DNA of 32,000 nucleotides, taken from contig NW_008806279.1 of NCBI RefSeq assembly GCF_000400465.1, positions 1 through 32,000 of the forward strand. The letters are read 5' to 3'. A program made the position numbers and the translations under genes. This stretch comes from Wallemia ichthyophaga EXF-994. Lineage: Eukaryota; Fungi; Basidiomycota. Of the stretch, positions 10,846 to 20,141 are shown piece by piece. The notes beneath the pieces are model-generated. The model was not told where the DNA came from and made no database searches. It worked only from the letters and a program-made list of their open reading frames with translations. The first letter of the stretch is position 1. Each line of letters starts with the position of its first letter.

Positions 10846-13088
10846 TCATTTGTCATATCTGCAGAGTGTGCTTGGTTAGCTATCGCTTTTATTAGTCGTG
10901 CAATCCACACCACTCACATTGCTCGTGCCATCTTGGCTACGTCTACACTCTCCTTGATGTCATGCACGCGCACTATATCAGCGCCACCAGCCAACGCGGC
11001 CATTGTCGTGGCTGCTGTACCGGCCACGCGATCTTTGGCCGTATCGACGTTGGTGAGTTTACCGATGAATGCCTTGCGTGAGTGTCCTACAAGCAGCGGC
11101 ATGTGCGAGAGTTTAAGATTGGGTGAGGGGGTGAGTGTTGGTGTCATTGTGTCCAGAGAAGCATCACTCGATGTACATCTACCCCCGAATTGGGAGAGAT
11201 TGCGCAGGATATCCAAATTGCCGTTAACATCCTTGGCGAATCCAAGACCAGGATCTATGATAATATTCCAGCGTCGTATACCGCTCTCCATGGCTTTCTG
11301 CATCCGCTGCTGAATCTCCCCTTTGACGCCTTCGACTACGCCAGCGTCGTACTGCGTAAGGGATGTCATGGTGGAGGAGTCACCGCGCATGTGCATAAGT
11401 ATATATGGCACACCTAAATCAGCCACCGTCTCCAACATACCCTCGTCAGCCATCCCCCCACTGACGTCGTTGACTATATCTGCACCTGCTTCTACAGCTG
11501 CGCGTGCGACGCTGGCTCTGAAAGTGTCCACAGATATGAGAACATCGGGGTGTTGGCTACGCAGCGTCTTAATCAACGGTACTACCCGGTGTACCTCGTC
11601 GTGCGCAGATACATCTGGGGCATTAGGTCGCGTGGACATGCCGCCGACGTCGAGTATATCCGCACCTTCTTGCACCATTCTAGTTGCATTCGCGAGAGCG
11701 TCTTCAAGAGTAAAGTTGAGTCCGCCGTCTGAGAAGGAGTCTGGAGTGCAATTAAGGATGGCCATCACCCACCGCCTTCCGCGCAAGCTGAAGAGTCTGT
11801 CACCCACGGGCAGCACGAGTTGAACGGCGTTGTCGCCATCCCCAATACGCTGCAGGGCTTGCGTGGTAGTGAGGGAGTGTGTTATAGGTGTATAATTGGG
11901 GAGTATGTCAGCGAGAGGCCGTAGCACAAAGGCGCGCTCACGCATGCCCGCGTGAGGGACACGCAGAGTGTCCGTGTGCACGCACTCTTCGCCATACAGG
12001 AGGATATCGAGGTCGATGGGACGCGGACCCTTCACCTGCCCCTCCATGTCGCGGCCTAGATCTCTCTCAATCTCTTTGAGCGAGTCAAGGAGCGTGTGTG
12101 GGTGCAGCGCAGTGGTTATTTTGCACACACCGTTCAGAAATGCAGGCTGGTCGTGTACGTACATTGGCGCAGTAGCGTAGAGATGCGATGTGTCAACTAC
12201 ATTCCCCACTCCACGCTTCTCTAGTTGCGAGAGTGCGCTGTGGATGTGGGCCTTCTTATTGCCGAGGTTGCTGCCGAGAGAGAGAACAGCGGTGGTGGTG
12301 CGGGGGTGATCTTCTAAGACATTTGGAGAAACATTATAGTCAGCAGCTGTACGCGTCACTTGCACACTGGCAGAATCAGCGAAAGTGAGTGCACTCGGTT
12401 TTGCAGCTTTGATGGTGATGCTCGGGTGGGCGAGCTGGACAACAGCGAGTTTTGCAGCATCGAGAGCAAGATGTTCGAGTACGTGATAGGAGGAGTTTTG
12501 GAGGAACTGTTGGGGTGATAAAAAAAAGAGGTGAAAATTTGGATATTGACGTACATTGATGAGATTTTCAATGAGTAGTAGGATATGAGAATAGTCAGTA
12601 CCAGGAACACTAACATCTAAGACTACTTTCTGCTTAAACTGCCTCTCCCAGGGATGTATACCAATGATAGTGTCTACGTCAATACCAGAGACGTGGTAGG
12701 TATCATTAAACGCACAACCAGCGTCCTGTACCTGCTCATACTGTACGACACCTTTCAAAAGACCTTTGCACTTTGAAAGTTTAAGATTTAGGGCTTCCAC
12801 GCCTTGATAAGAGAAGGTGGCGCGTGAAATGGCAGTTGCGAGAGAATTGAGGTTGGAATAAGTGCCAGAACAGGCTTGGTTGATAGAATTCGTTAGGCTT
12901 GCGTAGTTTATGCTCTTATCGAGATCGTTTTGTACCGATGTACTGCACTGTATATCAACAACCAATGGCTCAGCGTTTGTATTCTTAAATCTATCGAATC
13001 CAACGGTACTAGTCACATTAAGCTTGTTTATACTAATGACATCCCTCATATGTTTCAACCTGTTTAATCCACTCAACCTACTTAACAT
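10846..13088 (-). CDS. FOL1: Trifunctional folate synthesis protein (DHNA-DHNA-HPPK-DHPS), about 711 aa; introns 12554-12507 and 10917-10859
   Basis: Two FolB-like domains (SINYASL; IIGIHPWER..KPSAL), HPPK (LSLGSNLG, GPRPIDLDILLY, ERAFVLRPL) and DHPS (MAILNCTPDSFSDGG, STRP, DPGLGFAK, SRKAF, RVHD). The last intron (GTGAGT..GCTAAC..CAG) extends the C-terminus to ARAIYDK*. Confidence 0.96.
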
Positions 13089-13201
13089 TCACTTGAAACC
13101 CTTTTGATAACGCCGCCAAAGCCAGAAAATTAGGTGAAAATTTTATATAGACGAATATAGACGACAAATGTACAAAATTAAGCAATCAAGTACAAAACAC
13201 C

Positions 13202-13948
13202 TTAGTTCATCTTACGGATGAGATCGTTGACAAACTTCTCTCTGTTACCAACATCACCACCTTCAACAAAGTGAAGGAGCTTACGTGGTCTGTAACCGCC
13301 GTTTGCAGAGCTGAGGTGGAATGGCCACAAGAAGTTGGTGACTTGCTTGAAGTGTGGGCCAGCGGTGGCAACCTCGTGGATGCAATCTTCAATTGAGAGT
13401 ATGTCGTATTGACCGAGTTCCTTCTCAATGATGCTGTTGTCTTGGAGAGGGATACGTTGCTTGTTCACCTTACCATATCCACGCTTGTAGATCAATTCAC
13501 GGATGGACTTCAAGTTTGGTTCACCGTATGCGACATATGGCTCAACCATCTTAAGCATCTGCTCGGTGGCTCTGTTTACCTTGATAAAGACACCGGAGTT
13601 GATCTTAAGGAGACGCAAGAGCTGCATAACCTTACGTGGCTTTGGTGCAATGTTTGAAACACCACGCAGACGAATCGCAAAGTAAACCTTTGGCTGTGGT
13701 TGGACGTAGAAGTCGCCGTTGGCACGAGCAACACGCTTCAAGCGGACTTCCTCAGCTTCTCTGATTCTGTACTCCTTGACGTACTGCTCTGCACGCTTGA
13801 AGATGACCTTGCGCTTTGCTTGTTGCGCCTTCTTTGCATCAGCAGCCTTGGCCAGCTTCTCCTCCCTAGCCTTGTTGTCCTGCTTACGCTTCTTCAAGAT
13901 AGTCTCTGGCTGCTCGATTTTCTGAAGAGTAGGGACGGTAGTGGACAT
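13202..13948 (-). CDS. RPL7: 60S ribosomal protein L7 (uL30), 248 aa, CDS intronless
   Basis: [59 protein letters not shown]. Confidence 0.98.
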   Translation of the reverse strand: MSTTVPTLQKIEQPETILKKRKQDNKAREEKLAKAADAKKAQQAKRKVIFKRAEQYVKEYRIREAEEVRLKRVARANGDFYVQPQPKVYFAIRLRGVSNIAPKPRKVMQLLRLLKINSGVFIKVNRATEQMLKMVEPYVAYGEPNLKSIRELIYKRGYGKVNKQRIPLQDNSIIEKELGQYDILSIEDCIHEVATAGPHFKQVTNFLWPFHLSSANGGYRPRKLLHFVEGGDVGNREKFVNDLIRKMN

Positions 13949-14060
13949 CTATTCAGATATTTTAGTTTATTTCTCTCTTTATTCCCCAGCCACCCACCTC
14001 TAAGCGTTCGCGTTGGCGGTAGTCACAAGCAGAGAGAAGATTTCACTCCGCCTTACTCAC
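13949..14060 (-). other. Putative 112-nt 5'UTR intron of RPL7 ending immediately before the ATG, with a nested alternative donor at 13997 (49-nt intron)
   Basis: On the minus strand: GTGAGT donor at 14060, internal GTGGGT at 13997, branch-like ACTAAA 13966-13961, and TAG acceptor abutting the ATG. A pyrimidine-rich likely start region (about 14100-14086) and an AT-rich TATA-like element (about 14147-14135) lie upstream. Confidence 0.6.
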
Positions 14061-14308
14061 ATTCGAATTTTAAAAATTTAAATTTGAGAGATGAGTTGAG
14101 AAAAGGGGCGTATGGAGTCGCAGTGTGTTGTATGTATTTATTTTTATCGTGTAAGCTGCGTTTGAAATATTTCACCTGCACTGGTTGAGATGGTCGTGAG
14201 AGATAGTGAGAGATGATGGCTTGTGGAGGTGCCAGCTGTGCTCTACACGTGTGCATCTCTAAATCCCATCGATTCTCATTTCCCGTCCCTCCTTTTCCAC
14301 CTACGTCC

Positions 14309-17064
14309 ATGGACTCGAATAGAATCCAAGTACGGCCATCTGTTCAGAACGTCTCTCTGCGCAATAGAACCGTGTCTGCTAATAGCCCAGGCGATAAGCC
14401 ATTCAACCCTGCCAGAAGGGCGTTTAGGCCGCGTCGATCTGAGCCATTGAGAAGCAGCCGCGATAAGGAGAACACGCCGACGAAACAGGCCAACACCCCA
14501 ACGAAGCAAGCATATACCCCAACAAAACAGGCAACTACGCCTAATAAACCAATAAGACAGCTCCCAGTGACGCCGACGCCGGTTGCAGCATCAACAGTCC
14601 CTCCATCCGCGCCTTCTCAAACTCCCCATCAGACACCCACTCAGACGCCAAAGAAGACTACAGATGATAGCAGTACAACGCCAGTCTACTCTCCAGTCGC
14701 AGCCTCTGAGAGGACTACACGCTCACCAGTACAGCAATCACCCAGCCATCAACCCAGCCATCAACCCAGCAGTCAGGATGAATTGATGACAGAACACACG
14801 CTAGCACCTTTCAGCGTCGCTGATTCTGGCTGGGAATTGGAAACTGCTTCAAACGACTGCAACGCTTTAGACGAGGATTTCCAGAACACTGTCAACTTGT
14901 TATCTACCCAGCACTCCTCTACTATCCTCAGCTACAAAAGACTCCTTGAATCGTGTCAAAACAGCTCAGCTGCCCAGCTCTACGCACTCCAGGCTGAGGT
15001 TAATGAACTCCACAAGACCACTCACGCGCTGCGAGTAGAGAATAGAAATATGAAACTTGATCGCGATAACATCCCGCAATCCACACCACCCACTCACCTC
15101 TCCACTCTTCTCTATCCCCATTTCGACGAAATAGCCGTTCAGAAGGCGCTGAGGCAGCTCAACCAGGGCGAGAGATTGCGACTGATGAGAGTGATACTAG
15201 AGAACACACTCCCTCACGACATTACGACCACCATAGCCATGCTCGAGAAGTATGCTGCCAGTGCTTTCGATTTGCTAGCCACACTTCCGACGGGTATATC
15301 CGTGCGTATTCTCTCTCATCTCAGCGTGAGCGAAGCATTGGGATGTCGGTTAGTATCCAAACGCTGGAGCGACATGGTGAGCAAGCCAGCGCTATGGCGC
15401 GCGTTCTCGCTCCGCCTCACAGCCTCAGATCCCGATCCGCTCTCTCCGCCAGACAGGGAAGACGACTGGCAGCCACTGTACCGAGCACTGCACTTCCGCG
15501 AGCAAAATTGGCGGCGAGGAGCAGCGCAATCGATCAAGTTATTGCGCGGCCACACGGGGTACGTGACGTCGATGCAGCTGAAGCAGGGTGTGCTAGTTAC
15601 TGGGTCGTACGACCAGACGCTGCGTATCTGGGACGTTGGAAGTGGAGAGTGTCGCACGGTTCTTCAAGCGAAAGCTATCAGCTGTCTCGACTACCTCCCC
15701 AAACACAAGGTGCTAGCAGCAGGGTATTTCGACGTCGGTCGTGTAGTCGTCTACTCCACCCTCACCAATCAGCAGCTGCAGATGCTGCAGGGGCACAACA
15801 AGGGCATACGCGCGGTGGCATGCAATGACGAGTACCTCGTCTCCGCCGGCCAGGACAAGGCACTGGTAGTGTGGAATTGGCGAACGGGGCAGCGCATAGC
15901 CCGTTTCGGTCAGCAGACCAATGTGTCTATTGGAGTGCAGCTTATTGACTCAGATAAATTCATCGCCGTTACCGTCGATTCGATTGTGCGCTGCTTCAGC
16001 ATTACTAAGCGCGAGATGACGTCGCAGTACAGACTCTCCTCGCTCCTTCCTGAGCTAAGCAGCATCGGGAACAGCGACACTAGCTTGACGTGGTTCGGCG
16101 CGGACGGACTGAGCATGACGTGTGCAACTAAGAACCACCTCATTCATCTCGAGTGGGAAGAGGGCGAGGAGGAGGTGATACTTGGGGAGCCGATCCAGAC
16201 GCAGGTGCAGCACGTTCAGCAGACGCAGGCACAGACGCAGATACAAACGCAATCGCAACAGTCGCAGTTAGCCCCACACACACATACATCTGGCACACTC
16301 AAACCGCGTAGCTCGACTGTATCTATCGGTGCTTCCAACACTCCGAACGCCACAAACGGCAGAGGCCCACGCCGGTCGTTGGGCATAGGTGGTGCTCATG
16401 CTCAGTCACCCCTGCTCCCGCGCAAGAACAGCGCAGACGAGTCCATATCCGATGCCAACAGCGTGCCTTCGAACCCCTCTCATCCCAGTCTGGGATCCAC
16501 TGCAGCAAATTCATACTCCTACTCAAATTTTCCCTCCCACTCCTCACCAACCTCCCCCACACCCCAAATCAGACGCAGGAAAGCACCCATACTGACAAAC
16601 CCTCCTCGTGTAGTACAAATCACGCACACACAGAATATGGCACCCGTAGGAGCGACCGATGTGTCCAAACACCGTGTCGTCACTTCTACACGCTTCTCTT
16701 CCCGTTCGGGTGCAGATAGGAGGGTAAGAGATGGTTTTCATTGTTTGTACAATTTACTCACACACTTACTCAGCTTTTCTGCTCTACTCTCGGTGATACT
16801 GTTCCTATCGAGGGCGTCTGGAAGGACTTGTCGCCGCGTTGTGAAGATGTCGGTGTGGAGATGGCTAAAGATAGCCTTGCGAATAGTAACAGAGGCCCGC
16901 TGTCTATTTGTATAGACCACCAGCAGGCTGTTTTTGGTTGCGCTGATGGAACGTGAGTTATACGTGGCTGTGTATTTCCACACTAATTAGACGAAAACAG
17001 TGTTTATAGTTTGTCATTCGTTGGCGAGAATTATACAAGTCATACTTCTAGCCCACCATCCTAA
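14309..17064 (+). CDS. F-box/WD40 repeat protein (SCF substrate adaptor), about 885 aa; introns 16724-16773, 16953-17000
   Basis: F-box DLLATLPTGISVRILSHL..VSKRW..LW; WD40 repeats GHTGYVTSMQ..GSYDQTLRIWD and GHNKGIRAV..AGQDKALVVWN. The last exons give GCADGTVYSLSF. In-frame ATGs at 14213 and 14216 are alternative starts. Confidence 0.88.
14474..14548 (+). repeat. 21-bp degenerate tandem repeat encoding TPTKQAN-TPTKQAY-TPTKQAT-TPNK
   Basis: 3.5 copies read directly, with synonymous divergence between the copies. Confidence 0.85.
14741..14770 (+). repeat. 12-bp tandem repeat CCCAGCCATCAA x2.5 (PSHQ)
   Basis: Exact adjacent copies in the N-terminal disordered region of the F-box protein. Confidence 0.8.
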
Positions 17065-17184
17065 TATACACGCAAAGCATACCATACTAATAGAGAAAAG
17101 GATCAGAATACCCGCTCACTCGTTTTTCTTGTCATGAAATTTGTCATAAAAAGATAAATAATATTACATGTTCCAAAAACCCCT

Positions 17185-20057
17185 CTATACCAACAAAACA
17201 TCCAGATTCATATCCCTCATCACGTCCATCCACGATAATTGATTGCACCCCATATCAGATCTCCTCCAATACTCCTTGAGTATCGCTTCCGCAGACTCTA
17301 CATCCCAGCACGCTTGTGTTTTGAATGACTGTAGCAGCGCCAACACCGATGACCTCTTTTCCTCAGAGATGGAGTGCATCCCCGCAATCAGCACCGGCCA
17401 CGTCAGCCATACTACCATGCCTGTACTCGATCCTTCGAAGCAGACTTCGAGTATACTGTCAGTAGCCCTCACAACCCTCTCATCCGCAATAGAAACCTCA
17501 AACAGATTGCGCAAGATGTGTATCTGCATCGCATATCTATGAGCGTGATTCCCAACACTAACTCTGGGATGCAACTGTACGAAATTCATCTGATTGGAGA
17601 AGTTTTCAAGCTCTGTCAGTGTTTCTCGTGACTCCTCTTCTAATGCTTGTCTCCGCATTTCCTTAACCACTTCATTCGAATCCACGTGACGTCTCGCGGA
17701 GCGTGAGCGATTTCGCGAATTCGCTGAACGACTCTTGCGAGCTTCGCGGGTTCGAGAGCGTGAATCGCTGCCTGAGTTGCGGACTTTGCGAGAGCTGCGC
17801 AATTCTGAACGACCACGCATTTCAGGTGTTGAATCTCCACTGTTACAGCTGCTTCTTTCAGCTTTTTGCGCATCATTCTCGTACAGCGGTAAACCGAGTT
17901 TACGTTTCCTGGCGACGAGTGAGGAAATGCGAGCTATTAGATCAACCATTCCTCTACTCAATCCGAACATACGCTCAACGCTTTCCCACTCCCAATCGCA
18001 GCTGCCTGATATTTGTTAGAATGAGATTAGCTATGTAACCATACTACCAACCTGTCTCGCCAAGCTCAAGGAACCACGGCGACCAACCTTTGATGATGGC
18101 TGGCTCTTCACCTGTCGTGAGCGAGCCAAAAGCATCCCTCGTTGCAAGCTGCTCGAGGAGAAATCTCGGCACAGACACTTCCTTTTTCTTTGCCGGTTTG
18201 CCCGTTTCCAGCATCTTGATAGGACCACCGCGTCGTTGTATTACAGATTTTGCAAGTTCTAAAATACCTAAAAGTAATGTTAATTTGTAATGCACCAGTG
18301 GATTAATCCAATCAAACCCACCTTTCCAGCCTGGATCTCCAGCAAGAATGTCGCGCATAGCAACGCTCAACACCCCAGCCAAGAATGTATCCGTTTCAAC
18401 TTCGCCTGCACTCACTGCTTTTTGAAGATATCTGACTGCCGTTCTACGCAAACTTGCAGCCAGATCTCTGCTCGCTGGATCCTTGCCGCGCAAATATGCA
18501 AGATGTACTGCCGACACACTAAGCAAACCTGTGCGCAAAGCTTCAACGCTAATACCCTGTCCTGTAACTTGAGCCTGGGCATATGCATCATTAGGGTTCT
18601 TGTCTGCAATCATACCGAATGCGAGTGGTGCATGTATACGTATCCATGGATTGACAGAGTGTGGCAAGTTCAAAGCAATGATGAATCTCACCGACTGTGT
18701 GAGATAATGATGTACCAGCATACGATCTTGTTGATTAGGGAAGAATGGGAATAAGTAGTCTGGGTTTGAGAGCAGTGGTGAGCGTGTTTCAACTGATGAT
18801 CCTCCGACTGCGGCACTATTCTCAATCACCGATTTGGTGAGTTTATTTTGGAGTGTTTCCTCGTCCTCACCCTCATCCTCATCCTCATCCAAATGGAAAG
18901 CGGTTGTGCTAGGAGGGTTTGCAAGCTCATCCTCTTTCAATTTGCTGAGATCAGGTGGATTTGAAGACGTTGGAAATTTAGTTTCAAATGGAATCGCGAA
19001 TGGTGAAGGTGGGTAGAGAGCGTCAAACGGCGAAGGAGTCGATGCTTTTGTGATTGATTGCTCTCTAGCGGTATCATCATTTTTTTCTTTCCCCGCTTCG
19101 CCTTTTTTCTGTCTCTTGTGAGCCGGAGTGTTTGATTTCTGTGACAACATCTCAAAATCCCTCGTAAAGCTAGCCATATTTTGGGACAGACTAGCGTCAG
19201 GCTGTGGAGGTGGAAATACATTGCTGATCGCTGGTCCGATTTGTCCGTCGACATCTAGGAAAGTGGGTGCGGGGAACCGCGGACCAATCTGAGACACAGA
19301 GTCATCATCCGGAGCCTCATCAGGGAGGAATGGAGCCAGAAAATCGGGTGGATCTGTGGTATACTTGAGCCAGCCAGGTCGAGAATCGTTACCATCTTCT
19401 TCGTCAACGCTACTCGTGCGGCGTTTGCTGCTATCATTTCCATACTCAATCGAAGGTGGAAATGAGCACTCGCGCTTTGCAACCTGGCAACGATGGCATA
19501 CTGGTCTACCTTCATCACACTATCTATAGTGTTATCTGGTGTATTAAGCCGTACCAGGAAATTACCCACCTTTATCTTCCTCGATCTGCACGTGTAGCAG
19601 CCTTTCCTGCTTCTCCTAAACTTCTTTTTGTCTGCAGCTTCCTGTTCCCTGTATTGTGCATCGTCTCTTGAGATGGCGGAAGCAGAACCAAATCCCGAGG
19701 ACGTCATCGTTGGCGAGCTGTTGGAGTAACTCGTTTGGGGGGTCAATTGGGCGGCGAATGGCGGCTGTGAATCTTGAATGCCCATAATGTATTCGTTGAA
19801 TGGTTGCACCGGTTGTACTGGTTGCACTGGCTGTACCGTTGTCGCCGCCGGTGCAGCTGCAGGAGCAACTGGCTGCTGAGAAGACCTCCTACGCAATTCA
19901 TCAATATCTAAACACCCACAACTATTCCAACTCACCCTCTCAACTGCAAATACTCTTGAAACGCAGAAATATCATCCACATCCCAATTCCTATCGAGGAG
20001 CCCGGCGACAGACGCAGCACCAGCGAGCTCCGTAGGCAGGTTGTACTCATTGTTCAT
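17185..20057 (-). CDS. Zn(II)2Cys6 transcription factor with a Fungal_trans_2-like C-terminal domain, about 891 aa; introns 19935-19889, 19569-19520, 18321-18268, 18051-18006
   Basis: Splicing gives SRKGCYTCRSRKIK-CDEGRPVCHRCQVAKREC (six Cys). Downstream LVHHYL..NPWIR..LLSVSAVHL and the C-terminal WPVLIAG are typical of this family. The exon chain closes in frame. Confidence 0.9.
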
Positions 20058-20141
20058 TATCCGAGTACTCGATGATGTGGTAATCAACCAACCCCACAAA
20101 TCTCACTATCAAAAGTTTAAATTTTCATTGGAATAAATTAT

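Noticed and set aside
10933-11823. Long + strand ORFs (126 aa and 166 aa) opposite FOL1
   Set aside because: Antisense shadows of a GC-rich CDS, with no recognisable motifs.
13949-14060. snoRNA in the RPL7 leader intron (yeast RPL7 introns host snR39/snR59)
   Set aside because: The only CTGA lies downstream of the branch site, and there is no RTGATGA box C.
14074-14085. Perfect 12-bp palindrome AAATTTAAATTT in the RPL7 leader region
   Set aside because: Low-complexity AT tract; a similar run occurs at about 24700. Likely generic promoter/terminator DNA.
13700-14188. 162-aa + strand ORF opposite RPL7
   Set aside because: Antisense to a highly codon-biased gene; the Leu-rich translation is the mirror of a Lys/Glu-rich protein.
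7563-17064. CSN5 near an F-box gene, FUR1 near FOL1, and BRF1 in the same window as a tRNA, read as functional clusters
   Set aside because: F-box genes and tRNAs are numerous and the pathway links are loose; consistent with chance.
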